Assembly (NCBI RefSeq): GCF_009914755.1 | Contig: NC_060930.1 | Reading direction: 5' to 3' (one strand) | DNA length: 64,000 nucleotides | From: the human T2T-CHM13v2.0 reference genome, Homo sapiens | Shown here: one piece after another, positions 1 to 13,090 of the stretch | Position numbering within the stretch: position 1 is the first letter of the stretch | How the letters are laid out: each line of letters begins with the position of its first letter | The notes under the pieces: generated by a model | The model's input: only the letters and a program-made list of their open reading frames with translations | Told to the model about the DNA's origin: nothing | Database searches by the model: none | Translations under genes and position numbers: made by a program

Positions 1-311
1 TTCTTTTTATGGCTGCATAGTATTCCATCATGTAGTTGTACCATATTTTCTTTATCCAATCCACCATGGATGGGCACCTAGCTTGATTCCATGTCTTTGT
101 TATTGTGAGTAGTGCTGTGATGAACATATGAGTGCACGTGTGTGTTTTTTTTTTTTTTGGTAGAAAGCTTTTGCATAAATACCCAGTAATTGGATTGCTG
201 GATTGAATGGTAGTTCTGTTTCAAGTTCTTTCAGAAATTTCTAAACTAGTTTCCACAGTGTCTGAGCTAATTTACATTCCCATCAACAATATATAAGTAT
301 TCCTTTTTCTC
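1..311 (-). mobile_element. L1 (L1PA/PB) fragment, ORF2 end region; continues off the window
   Basis: ttctttttatggctgcatagtattccat...ggattgctggattgaatggtagttct is the reverse complement of the L1 ORF2 C-terminal region. Confidence 0.9.
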
Positions 312-2012
312 AGGTTTGAAGAACTCTCTTTCCTTTGTCTTCTACTCTGGACCTCTCGCCTCATAAATACAAAACCCAGCCTGAGGATTCAAAGTGAATG
401 TTCCCAAATTACAAGTGTCTATAGAAAATCTCTATGTAGAGTCTCCACAAGCACTCACCCCACTTGAATTCCCTTTGCAACTTCTAGTTAATCACCTTCA
501 TCTTCCCATGCTTCAGACCTTGTAGTTATACAGAACTAATGTCATCAACACCTATTATTTTCATATGAAACAGTTTGATGATTACAAAAGCCATTATAAC
601 ACAGTACAGAGAGAATGATAGTCTGTTTAAAGCACAAGTACTCACAGGCCTGAAGGAATATGTAACAAAATGTCATTAGTAGTTTTCAATAGGTTTCAAA
701 GCTGAGTGATTTTTTAAAACTTAAAAAATCATTTACTGAACATTAGTCATGGCTCTAAATAATTTTGAAAGTAATCAATGTTAATTAATTTAATGTAAAT
801 ATTCCAAGGTCATTACTTTCTCTTTATGCAACCTTTATGTTGCTCCTACTTTTATTTTATAATACCTAGATTGTTATAAAAGATTTTGGTTCAAACTCCT
901 GATTCTAATTTATTTCTATAGAATTTCACTCTACATGCCATTATGACTAACAATTCCACCTTCTTCTCGATTATGGCCTCAAGAATCCAAATTTCACTTT
1001 AGTCTTCTAAGCCCCCATTCCTGGATTTAAACAGCCATCTTCTTATGGCTGTATCCTACTACTGCAACTTTGCCATCTTCTGCTAGCCATGTGACTCCTG
1101 GAATGTCCTTAGTCCTCTCCTCACCTCTCCCACCACTGTTGTGCTCATTCCTGTCTCTAGGCTAGCTCCTAAATATAGCTACCATACTGAAACTGGGCCA
1201 AGTAGAAAGCATCATTTCTGTTTCATGTAACAAATATGCTAGGTGAGTATGATGAGCTTCACCCAATAGATAAGAAAATTAATGTTCAGAAACATTAAGT
1301 AATTTAAGTAAAGTTACACCCCTGAACAAGGGGCAAAGGGAGTAAAATTCATGTATCGCTAGTATAAAGCCAACACTGGTTCCATCATACTTTATAGTAA
1401 TTTCCTTGTCTCAGCTGCTCTTACACAGTTGACTCTTGAACAACACAGGTTTGAACTGGTCAGATTCACCTATACATAGTTTTTTTTCAATAAATACATT
1501 GAAAATTTTGGGGAGGTTTGCAACAATTTGAAAAAACACACATGAACTGTGTTGTGTAAAAATATAAAAAAATAAAGAGGTATATCATAACTGCATGAAA
1601 TATATGTAGGTACTAGTCTGTTTTGTCATTTGTTACCATAAAATATACAAATATATAAATCGATTATAAAAAGATAAAATTTGTCTAAACTTCCACTATA
1701 AACACTTCCAGATCATACAAGGTGCCATGCACAGTCAAGAGAAAGGTAAACAAATGTAAAGATGCAATATTAAAGGATAACTGAATGAAATTAACTATAG
1801 TACATATGGTACTACTGTAGTGATTTTGTAGCCTCTCTTGCTACTATTGTGATGAACTGAAGTTTTGTGGGTAGCTGCTTAAAATGCTGTGTGACATTAA
1901 TCTCTGCATAAGCAGTTCATCTGTCCAGTAAATCGCATATTTCAGTAAAAGGTGATTTTTTTGTAGTTCTTATTTATCATTTTTAGTGCAATATCATAAA
2001 CCTTGACTAAAA

Positions 2013-4070
2013 TGATGGGACCAATATGAAGTGCCACTAGTGATGCTGAGAATGCTCCAAAGAAGCATAAAAAAGTCATAACATTAATGGAAAAATTTGA
2101 ATTGCTTGATAGGTACTATAGATTGAGGTCTGCAGCTGTGGTTGCCCACCATTTCAAGATATATAAATCCAGCATAAGGATAATTATTCAAAAAGAAAAG
2201 GAAATTTGTGAAATTTTCATTGCAGCTATACCAGCAGGAGTGAAAACCTTGTACTTATTGCAAAATACTTTTTTATCTCATTTTGATAATGTAGCTTTTA
2301 TGTGGGTGCAGGATTGCTATAACAAAGTTGTTCCTATAGACTTTATCATAATTGAAGAAAAAATGAAGTCATTATATGACAACTTAAAGAAAAAGAAAGG
2401 TGAAGGATGTAAAGCTGGAGAATTTAATACCAGAAACGGATGGCTTGATAATTTTAGAAAGAGATTTGGCTTTTTTTAAAATGTCACAACAATAGGAGAA
2501 GAAGGTTCAGCCAACCAAGAGAAGGCAGCAGAAAAGTTCTCAGACACCATTAAGAAAATCATTGAGAAGAAAGGATTTCTGCCTGAACAGGTTTTTAATG
2601 CAAAGGAAAGTGACCCATTTTGGAAAAAAATAATACTACAAAGGACATTCATTAGTAAGAAAGAGAATTGAGCCCCAGAATTTAAAGCAGGAAGGGACAA
2701 GTTAACTCTACTGTTCTGTGCAAATGCAATTGGGTTTATGACCAGGACTGACTTTATCTAGAAATATACTAACCCCCAAGGACTGAAGGGAAAGCATAAA
2801 CACCAGCTTCAAATCTTTTGATTATACAAGAAGACCTGGACAATGAGAACCTGTATTAGTCTGTTTCATACTGCTAAAATAAATACCGAAGACTGGGTAA
2901 TTTTATAAAGAAAAGAGGCTTAATTGACTCATAGTTCGCATGGCTGGGGAGACCTCAGGAAACTTACAATCATGGCAGAAAGGGAAGCAGGAACATTTTA
3001 CGTGGCAGCAGACAAGAGGGAGCAAGTGTGAAAAAAGAACTGCCAGACACTTATAAAACCATCAGATCCCATGAGAACTTACTATCATGAGAATAGCATG
3101 GGGGAAATCGCCCCCATGATCCAATCACCTCCATCCCAGTCCATCCCTCAACACATGAGGATTATGGGGATTACAATTTGAGATGAGATTTGGCTGGGGA
3201 TACAGAGCCAAGCCATTTCAGAAACATTTTTATGGAGTGGCTCCATCAATGCTTTGTCCCTGCAGTGAGGAAGTACCTTGCCAGTAAACGGTTGACTTTT
3301 AACATTCTCTTAATAATTGAATAATGCCATTGGCCACCCACAACTCTCTTGAGTTCTACACCTAAGGTGTTGAAGTGGTCTACTTGCCCCCAAACAAAAT
3401 GTCTCTAATTCAGTCTCTAGATCAGTAGGCCATAAGAACTTTTAAGGGTCGTTAAACATGGTTCTTTATGGAAAGGATTGTCTGCTATAGAAGAGACTTT
3501 TGACAGAGAGAATATCATGAAAGTCTGGAAGAATTGTATTATTGAAGATGTCATCTTTGTTAGAGGAAAAAGCCATGAAAGCCATCAAGCTTGAATCAGA
3601 ATGTTTCTGTTGGAGGAAACTGTATTTAGATGTTGTGCATGACTTCACAGGATGTATGACAGCGTCAATCAAAAAAATCATGAAATAGACAGTAGATATG
3701 GCAAAAAAGGTGGGAGGTGAAGGATTTCAACATTCAGGTCTTGGAGAAATTAAAGCACTAATACACACCATGCCAGAGGAATTAATAGAAGATAATTTAA
3801 TGAAGATGAGTACTTCTGAATGAGTACCAGACAAAGAGGTAGCAGATTTGGAAGAAGTAGTACCAGAAACACATTGGCATTAGAGAATCTGACAGAGGGG
3901 TTCCAGTTACTCAAGACTGCTTTAACTTATTTTACAACAGGGACCCTTACATGAAGCATTGCTTCAGTAAAGTAAATGCTGGAAGAAGGATTGGTACTAT
4001 CTAGAAACATTTTTGGAGACATGAAAAAGCAAAAAAGTTAGACAGAAATTACCATGCATTCTGTAAAGTT
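2013..4070 (+). pseudogene. Decayed Tigger transposase (CENP-B-type HTH plus DDE remnants), boundaries approximate
   Basis: ORF 2087-2479 contains AFMWVQDCY...GEFNTRNGWLDNFRKRFG. It frameshifts at the T run 2471-2477, has later stops and is interrupted by an LTR. Confidence 0.8.
2852..3220 (-). mobile_element. THE1-type (ERVL-MaLR) solo LTR nested in Tigger2
   Basis: tgtattagtctgttt...agccaagccatttca with the ggaaacttacaatcatggcagaa motif. 5-bp TSD gaacc/gaaac. Confidence 0.9.
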
Positions 4071-4854
4071 ATGCTTCTGACCCATTTGCATTTATTCCGC
4101 CTCTTCGACTTCTGCCACTCCTGAGAGAGCAAGAGCAACCCGTCCTTTTCCTCCTCCTCCTCAGCCTACTCAACATGAAGACGTAGATGAAGACCTTTAT
4201 GATGATACATAAGTATCATCATAGTAAATATATTTTATCTTATGATATTTTAAATAATATTTTCTGTTCTCTAGTTCACTTTGTTGTAGGAATACAGCAT
4301 ATAATACATATAACATACCAAATAGTTGTGCATCCAGTTTATATTACCAGGAAGGCTTATAGTTAACAGGAGGCTATTAGTAGTTAAGTTTTGGATAAGT
4401 CAAAAGTTACATCTGGATTTTCAACTGCATGGGGGTTAATGAACCTAACTACCACATTGTTCAAGAGTCAACTGTATATTCCTGAATTTCTAGCTTAAAT
4501 ATATTATCTCCATTAAGTTTTCGCTTACTGCTACTTAGGAATGGCTATAGGAATGGCTCCTCTCTCTAACTTCCTAGGGAACCCTTCACTAATATCATTT
4601 CCTTGTAGCCATCTTTCGATAGCTCATGTCTATGTCCCTGATTACACTCTTTGAGAATGGAAATAATATCTTACCACTTGTTTGTAAATTTTATATCACT
4701 AAGCACAACTCTGGACATATGGTAGTGACATTAGCATAATATATGTTTTCAATAAGTTGTTGATTGATCATATTGTATAATAAAAAATGCCTTAATGCTG
4801 ATTTATCTTTCATAATAGGAAATTAAAAGCAAATACCATATAAAAATAGACATA

Positions 4855-5459
4855 TTCTTTCCTCCACTTGGTTTATTCTGCTATTAATACTTGTGATTGC
4901 ATTTTTAGATTCTTGTATTGTGTTTTTCAGCTCTATCAGGTCACTTATGTTATTCTCTATGCTAGCTGTTTTGTCTGTCAGCTCCTACAATGTTTTACCA
5001 TAATTTTTAGCTTCCTTGCATTGCATTAGAATGTGCTCCTTTAGCTTAGTGAAGATCAATTTTATCCACATTCTGAAGTCTACTTCTGTCATTTCAGCCA
5101 TCTCAGACTCTGCTCAGTTCTGATCACTTGCTGGAGAGGTGATATAGTCATTTTAAGGGAAGATGGTACTCTGACTTTTTGAGTTTTCAGCCTTCTTGCA
5201 CTGATTCTTTCTCATCTTTGTGGGCTTATTTACCTTCAATCTTTGAGGTTGCTGCCCTTTGAATGGAGATTTTTGTTTGTTTGTTTGTTTTTGTTTTTCT
5301 TTTAAAAGTCTGGCCTCCTTTCCATAGGGCTTCTGTAGTTTGCTGGGTGTCCACTCCAATCCCTAGTCACCTCAAATTTTCCGGTACCTGGAGATATCAC
5401 CAGTGAAGACCACAAAACGGCAAAAATGGCAGCCCTTCCTCTGGGAGCTGTGCCCCAGA
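4855..5459 (-). mobile_element. L1PA inverted 5' segment (5'UTR end plus ORF1 N-terminus)
   Basis: Minus strand encodes MRKNQCKKAENSKSQS, the L1 ORF1 start (ATG at 5215). It lies directly inside the left TSD copy at 4843-4854. Confidence 0.85.
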
Positions 5460-6828
5460 GTACAAGAACAGAGACATAGACCGATAGAACAGATTAGAGA
5501 ACCCAGAAATAAGACTCCACACCTACAACTATCTGATCTTTGACAAAACTGACAGGATTCCCTATTCAATAAATGGTGCTGGGATAACTGGCTAGCCATA
5601 CGCAGAAAATTGAAACTGGACCCCTTCTTTAGACCATATACAAAAATTATCTCAAGATGGATTAAATACTTAAATGTAAAACTTAAAACTAGAAAAAGCC
5701 TGGAAGACAACAGAGGCAATACCATTCAGGACATAGGCACTGGCAAAGATTTCATGATGAGGATGCCAAAAGCAATTGCAACAAAAGCAAAAATTGACAA
5801 ATGGGATCTAATTAAACCAACGAGCTTCTGCATAGCAAAAGAAACTATCAACAGAGTAAACAGACAACCTACAGAATGGAAGAAAATTTTTGCAAACTAT
5901 GTGTCTGACGCAAGTCTAACATCCAGCATCTATAAGGAACTTAAACAAATTTACAAGAAACAAATAAACAACCTCATTAAAAAGTGGGCAAAATACATGA
6001 ACAGACACTTTTCAATAGAAGACATACATGCAGCCAATAAGCATATGAAAAAAAGGCTTAATATCACTGGTTATTAGAGAAATGCAAATCAAAACCCCAA
6101 TGAGACCATCTCACACCAGCCAGAATAGCTATTATTAAAGTCTAAAAGTAACAGATACCGATGAGGTTGTGGAGAAAAAGGAACGCATATACAATGTTGG
6201 TGGGACTGTAAATTAGTTCGACCATTGTGGAAAACAGTGTGGCGATTCATCAAAGACCAGTGTGGCATACCATTTAACACAACAATCTCATCACTAGGTA
6301 TATACCCAGAGGAAAATAAATCCTTCTGTTATAAAGACACATGCACACATATATTCATTGCAGCACTATCCACAATAGCAAAGACAAAGAATCAAGCCAA
6401 ATGCTCATCAATGATAGACTGGATAAATAAAATGTGGTACATATATACCATGGAATATTATGCAGTCATGAAAAAGAACAAGATCATGTCCTTTGCAGTG
6501 ACACAGATGGAACAAGGGCCATTATCCTTAGGAAACTAATGCAGGGACAGAAAACCAAATACCGCATGTTCTCACTTGTAAGCGGGAGCTAAATCATGGG
6601 AACATGTGAACACATAAAGAAGAATAACACACACTGGGGCCAATTGGAGGGTGGAGGGTGGGAGGAGGGAGATGATCAGAAAAAATAACTAATGGATATT
6701 AGGCTTAATACCTGGGCGATGAAATAATTGGTACAACAAACCCCATGACACATCTTTGCCCGTGTAACAAACCTGCACATCCTGCACATGTACACCTGAA
6801 CTTAAAATAAAATTTAAGTAACAATAAT
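5460..6828 (+). mobile_element. L1PA 3' segment (ORF2 C-terminus, 3'UTR, A tail)
   Basis: ORFs 5610-6077 and 6225-6539 are L1 ORF2 remnants ([26 protein letters not shown]). TSD aaaatagacata at 4843-4854 and 6829-6840. Confidence 0.95.
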
Positions 6829-7800
6829 AAAATAGACATAAATACTTAATGTAAACTAATAATAGGAAATTGTTAGTGCATGTTACTTTTTCTATTATAT
6901 ATCATCAGTAAAATAAAGCATAAAATACAATGTTATGCAAAGAGGAAAGGACAACATAATGCACCTTTTATCTGATTAGTGAGTTTTCACTACTCCAGTA
7001 AAAATGCTAACAATAATAAAGCAATTTTTTGTACGCAGTTTTTCCTTTTCTGAAGATATATCTAAAGTTTATTTGTAACTTTTGATGTAAACACTCAATA
7101 TAACATTTTATCTCTATTATGCTTTTTTTCTGCAGTTTAAAATTGTTCAACTTTTCATTGATCTTCCAAAGAATGCATGTTTTAAAATTATATAAAATTA
7201 CTTTAAATGGGCATGCTTATTCACTAAAAATAAGAAAATAAACAATTTATTTTGATCTGATGGCAATGCTCTTAAGAGAAATGACTTTAATAATTTAATA
7301 TTTAACATATACATAGAAGGGTGATTTGTAATAACTGCTTAAATATAGATTAAAATTTGTGCAAATGAATATATGCAAAAATTTTTAGACCAACATCATG
7401 AATGTCTGCTTTTTTGTAGTATCACTTTCACTCTACAGAGAGATATAGATATAGATACAACTTTCTTTTGGATAGATATAAACATATAAATCTCCTTATA
7501 AAGATACAAAATACTTGAATTAGGATAAGCCATAGAAAGACTATAATTGAAATTTTCCTTAGGATTTAGTGTCTTCCTTTTCTACATTTTCCCATATTCT
7601 ATGATATTCATCCACTCAACCTTCATCACTAGCCTTGAGTGCCCAGCTAATCTCTTGACTTCTTCCCTTGCAAAACCTGTTTTTAGAAAGTCTATTTTAA
7701 AAGTATTTCAGCTTTCAAATTAATGGCCAATAGGTCAATGGATTACTTCTCCATAAAATATTTGCACATTTAATTGTGTGAAAGAAAAGTGTTTAATCTG

Positions 7801-7875
7801 TTAGGTTGAACCATGTGGGACTCCTTTTTTGGAGATCAAAATGGTTGAAAGTAGGTAAATACAGGTTCATAAAAC
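7801..7875. mobile_element. MADE2-like mariner MITE remnant
   Basis: Begins ttaggttgaaccat, is about 75 bp long and has a decayed ggttca right TIR. Confidence 0.5.
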
Positions 7876-8261
7876 TCAATCCATGATAATAATAAATTTT
7901 AGGCATTTGACATGCTCTGTATGGAGCCTCTGACATTTAAGGTGCCCTCTTAGCATTTCATAAACAGTGTTCAATTGCCCAGTAAATAAACAAAGAGCAG
8001 CGTATGTGCTAATGGTTCTAGTGCTTTGATAAACTTACCCAAAATCTGCTACCAGAAAGCAAGGAATTTTTGTTAACTTTAGCATACATTTAGTTTTATT
8101 GCTTATTACTTGTAAAATATATGGCACATAGCATCAGTATTTTTTTAATGTTTTGGATGTCTAAATATTTTATCCAGCCAGGATTGTAAAACTGTAAAAC
8201 TAGCTTTCTTCCAACCAAACAGAACATCTCCTTGTATGTAAATCTTACAAAATATCCTTAC

Positions 8262-8300
8262 CTGCTTTGGACATCTTTTCATCTTTTTTAGTTTCAGGTT
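8262..8300 (-). CDS. TRDN: Triadin coding micro-exon (~exon 24), 39 nt: EPETKKDEKMSKA
   Basis: Minus strand reads ttttgccccag|AACCTGAAAC...TCCAAAGCAG|gtaagg. In frame. Confidence 0.97.
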
Positions 8301-8722
8301 CTGGGGCAAAACGTACACATAAACACGTACAAACAAAAGGGAAAAAAATAACATTTGAAAAATAGTCAGTACAAAGTGGATTAATAGGTAGGCTTCACTG
8401 ATTTTTCTTGTCTGTTTTCAATTTCAATTATAGTTATATACTGTTATCAAAATATTAATGGAATATGTATCTTTGGTAAATTATAAAGTAACTTAAGCAA
8501 AAATACTTTGATTTTAAAATCCAGTTTGCAAAAAAGTTTCATGCTAATCAAGTAATTTGGCTTCTTGTTTTTAATAAAAGCCAGGACTTATAATTTATGC
8601 ATTCTGAAAATATTGCAAATTAAAAAATTAATAAAAATTGCTCAGAAGAAAAACGTCATAAATTTTCCTAATTTGACCAACTTAAGCAATTTTGTCTTTG
8701 ACTACCATACATTTAATTCATG

Positions 8723-8741
8723 GGGCTCCACCTAGTGGTTA
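8723..8741 (-). promoter_or_regulatory. Candidate CTCF site
   Basis: Minus strand TAACCACTAGGTGGAGCCC matches the CCACYAGRKGGCRC core with one mismatch. It is a GC patch in very AT-rich unique DNA. Confidence 0.55.
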
Positions 8742-9494
8742 ATATAATTATTGTTTTCCTAGTATTTCCGTTAGTATCAATTTTATAAAATAAATCAATT
8801 TTACCTAAATTTAATATAATAATATAGACAATTGTGACATAAAGTATCTTGTTCTCTTATTGTCCTAGGACAATGTCTTTTGTCCAGAAATTCTGCATTC
8901 TAAAAACACCAGTATAGAATAAATTCATACCTTTTTTAAACTATTCAAGTAATACTCATAGCACAACCCTAATCAATAAGATAGTTGACTATATTTTCAT
9001 GTTTCCAGTCTATCCTTTTATCTAACCAACTTTCCTAGGCTTTATAATTATCTGTTCTTGGTATAGAGTCTTCTTTTGATTAATGGAAGAGTCCAGGTAC
9101 ATTACAGTTTTCCTCCCTCCAAACAGCAGAAAAAACTGACTTCATAGTTGGAATACCTACTGAGCATAAACTATGTATAAGGGATAATGCTACCAGCTTT
9201 ATTTGGGTTTTAGTCTAGCAGTGTCTCATTTTCTGTAGTTATAATTTTAAAAACTAATTTGTTTAACTGCAGAATTTTATATAATAAAGAATGTCATAGA
9301 CTTTTACACACTACTTCCGATAATACTTGAGTGCACCTTCTGTAAAAAGTAGTATCAGTGCTATTAATGCACTCTGACACTCTTTGGCACATATTTCTCC
9401 CCCTTTTTGACACATTCACTTAGCTTGGTAGATACACCCTATTTTAATGTTTTCTATGTGCCACAGTATTATAGAAAATTTTGTTATTGTCTGT

Positions 9495-9635
9495 AATCAC
9501 TCTTTAGATTTTAAGCTCCATTAGTGCAAGAACTGTGTTTTGTTTATTACTCAAATATCAGCACTGGGTGAAATATCTGATATGTGGTATATGATCAACA
9601 AATATTGTTGAAGGAATGAATGAGTGAAATAAATG
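9495..9635 (+). mobile_element. L2 3' end
   Basis: tagattttaagctcc...tcaacaaatattgttgaaggaatgaatgagtga. Confidence 0.7.
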
Positions 9636-10149
9636 GAATATATAGAATGACTAAAGGCTCCCTGTTGGGTATCTGAAGTCCTAGAAGAAGTTGATTCATC
9701 TTATGACTCTGCAACTAGAGATAAAAATTCAATGTCACATAGCTGTTGCATTTATATTTTATTTTAGAAACTTAAAAAAATAAGTGATGTCTTTATGTGT
9801 CCAATGATAGCAAATATGGCCTGCAACAATTCAATGATACCTTCAATTATTGGGTTTCCTGGTGCTATGTTTTGTCTCAGTCAGTTTAGGCTAAAGTTAA
9901 TTCCTATCTAATTACTTAGTCTACAATACACAATTCTCTCTTTTGATGGTGAGTTCTGATGAGATTTTGGCTTCACTGGAAAGGAAACAACTTTTTTTTT
10001 TCTCTAATAGTTCTTTCTTTATTGAATCTATGCTAGGTCAACAGTACAGTTTAAACTTTCAAGCAAATTAGCACAATTCTAGTGATGAGAATTATTTTTT
10101 CTGGAGTACTTATGGCTCAAGTGCTGGTCAATTATTGACTTGCATTATT

Positions 10150-10275
10150 CCATTATTTTATGAAGTACATGCTATTTTAATCCCCATTTGGTAGATGAAG
10201 TGACTGAAACTTACGGAAGTTAGTTTGCGGAACCTCATTCAGCTGCTAAGTGGCAGAACCAAGATTCCATTTTCC
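10150..10275 (-). mobile_element. MIR
   Basis: ccccatttggtagatgaagtgactgaaac...gctaagtggcagaacc is the MIR core in reverse. Confidence 0.65.
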
Positions 10276-10844
10276 CAACCTATTTCCCTTCACCCGGGTC
10301 ATATCCCAAGGTCTGGATAGAATGATCTTGGTCTCCTTCTTAGTTCTGTTTCCGAAGTATGGCTAATTTGAATATTTGGATTTCTTAGAAATGAATTCCC
10401 ACAAATTTAAATCTTTTCTTCCTAGGACACAGTTCATTAGCATTTTGCTCATCAATAATAGGTATCTATTTGAAACAGCCTTGCTTCCCACTCTGCACAC
10501 GGCTTTCACTCCTGTCAATCATATTGTAATCTTGAAATGAAATCTTCTCAGCCTTAATGTTTGTCAAACGATCTTTTGGAAAAAATAAAAATTGTGGAGA
10601 ATATTTATACCAACTATGGGTACAATACAACCAGAACCAACTTCGATCTTGTACACAGAATTTTGTAAGCACTCTTATGAAAAGGTATTATCTAACGTGT
10701 GGCTGTGGGCCCTCTTACTAGAATAGAACTACTGGCTTTAGTGTTATGTGAACAGTAATGCTAAAGATGACCTTAGGACAAGTTCTTTTGGTGTATGAAG
10801 AGTCGGTTTTTGGGTTTTATAATCTGACTTTAAAAGCAAGCTCA

Positions 10845-10970
10845 TTTCCTAAGTTTTGTGACCTTGGGCATTACTTAAAACCTCAAGTCTTCATTCTGTC
10901 ATTGCTAAAATGGAGAAAATAATGTAAAATTGATGTGAGAATTAGAAGTGATGTATATAAAGAGCTTAGC
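10845..10970 (+). mobile_element. MIR
   Basis: tgtgaccttgggca...aaaatggag...tgtgagaattag. Confidence 0.6.
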
Positions 10971-12134
10971 TATTTTTAAATTATGCTCATAAACTTAAAT
11001 TGCATGATCTTTCAAAGTAATTTTCTCTTTTTTTTTTAAACAGAATTGGGATTTTACCCTTGAATACTCAAGGCAGGAATTGATATGTGAGAAAGTGGCA
11101 ACGGATTTTCTAAGTTGAGCAGCTCTTTTATTAGGCTACTTGATTTTTAAGAACTCAGTGCACTCATTTTGTAGATGATATTTCTACTGACAGTAAAGTA
11201 TTTTTTGAGCCATATGAGATTACAGTTTCTAACTAGGATTTATTTCAAGCCATATAAAAACAACTATATATATATTTACATATGTGTGTATATATATAAA
11301 CTTTATATATGAAGCTTAATGAAAAGTTATAATGAGATGCTTCAGGAAACCAAGGACAGTTGTTAGTTAATACTGGCCATTGGGACTGGGAGGCCAGAGA
11401 GACAGCAGGCGAGCATTTATTTTTCATTCTGTCTTCACTGTTTAATTGTTTTCTACCACAATTATTCTTGTATAATAATACAATATCTAATTTCTGTAAA
11501 CATTTGCCACTGAAGCCCTTCGTTTTGGGCTACACGTACAAGCATTGGGGAAATATGGAACCAAAAAGTCCCCATGCTAAGTTGTTGAGGCAGGCAGCCT
11601 GCCATTTCCTATGCAGCACTGACTTTTCCAGGCTGTTGATTTCATTTGTGAAATGTAAATTGCTGATGGGCCTGGGGAAGGGAGCTTCATTAGTGATTTT
11701 TCAATGTCATCAATAGTGTTTTCAAGTAGAATAAGCAGACCAAAACTTCAGCATGCAAGTGCTTAAGTCAGAAGGGCAGCAGTGGAGACAAACTCTGTTT
11801 AGGAGTCTCTGCTTTGTCTTCATAAAAAGAAAAGAAATAAATTTATTCAATATATAAATCCCAATAATCTGCATTATTTTCAGAATGCCTCTATTTTAAG
11901 TACTTTGCAAGGCAAAAGCTAAATATCATAGATTTTTTTCTCAATTTATTTTGTTATTATCACGGTTGTTTCTTTAGCACATAGATATCTCACATGTGGA
12001 ATAAAATAAAATAATAATCATTATTATTATTTTGCACCAATGACACTTTGTATTTGCCACATGGTAGTCTCTAAGGTAAGTATATTATATATGTTATCTA
12101 TATTTTATTGTTATAATATTAAATATTCATTTGT

Positions 12135-12450
12135 TTATTAGCTCTCTAACCCTAGTAGCATATAAACTTCATGAGTCCTGGGATGATTTTTTTATTTTCC
12201 CTAATACATGATAGTGCTTAGACTGTTCTTTGCACAGAAGAGAGATCAACAAATATTTGTTGAAAAAATGGACAAATTACATAATCCTTACATACCACTC
12301 CTATGTGGTAAATGTTATTATTAGACTCAATTTACAGATAGCAATACTGAGACTTAATAATATGTTTAAATATATACTCCCTAGTAAGTGGCAAAACTGG
12401 GATTTGAATTCCGTTTCCAAAGTTTTAAGCACTTCAACACACTTCTATAA
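12135..12450. mobile_element. L2 3' end (+) followed by MIR (-)
   Basis: tcaacaaatatttgttgaa, then tttacagatagcaatactgagact...gtaagtggcaaaactgggatttgaa. Confidence 0.6.
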
Positions 12451-12899
12451 CTAAAGTTGCTACTGATAGAATTAAAAGCTTTGAAGCATTTAATACATAA
12501 AAACTGTATAGCACACCACATTCTACTTCTTATAAGTGGTCTGTCTATATTATCTATGTTGTATTATCTACACAAACTACTAATAGTCATTAGGATTATA
12601 ATTAACATGTACAGTATAATCACAGAGGTTTCTATTTTTTTTCAAGCCAGTCTTTAAATCATGAATCGTATTATATAGTTTCCTACGTTGAGCTGGTAAA
12701 ACTAAGCAGTCTGAGCATTAATAGAAAATGAATAACTCTCTCACACACTCCTGGAGTAGTATTCAATATTTAATGACATGGGAAGTTGTTATATTTAAAA
12801 GCAGGTCACAAAACCTACTCCTGTAAAATATATAAAGGAACATTAGCAGTGTTATCTCTGGTCAACCATAGGTGAATTTCAGTATGAGGGGGTCTGGAA

Positions 12900-13090
12900 A
12901 ACGTGGTGGCTGAGGACATAGGTCTAAAATCAGACTGCCAGACACCAGTTCTGGATCCACATCAGGCAATTGTGTGACCTGGGCAAGTAACTCTCAGTGC
13001 TTCCATTTTCACGTTAATGCAAACAGGATTGCTGTGAAAATTAAACACTACACGTGAAGTACTTCGAATGGTGCCAGGTACAAAGCAAAC
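12900..13090 (+). mobile_element. MIR
   Basis: tcagactgcc...tgtgtgacctgggcaagtaactctcagtgcttcc. Confidence 0.7.

Larger units (their letters stand above)
1426..4474 (+). mobile_element. Tigger2 (pogo/Tc1-mariner) DNA transposon, near full length
   Basis: Perfect 18-bp TIRs cagttgactcttgaacaa / ttgttcaagagtcaactg. TA follows the right end (CA on the left). About 2.68 kb once the nested LTR is removed. Contains a decayed transposase. Confidence 0.9.

Noticed and set aside
4536-4558. Tandem GGAATG (TEAD-like) pair
   Set aside because: Explained by a simple 12-bp duplication, and the spacing differs from the usual TEAD double motif.
5610-6539. L1 ORF2 fragments as genes
   Set aside because: Truncated, frameshifted retrotransposon remnants.
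8145-8354. 69-aa minus-strand ORF over the 39-nt exon
   Set aside because: It is a different frame running through intron sequence. The real coding unit is the spliced micro-exon.
11360-11716. 118-aa ORF in a slightly GC-richer unique patch
   Set aside because: Non-ATG start, no splice or domain support. The patch could be regulatory, but I cannot support that from sequence alone.
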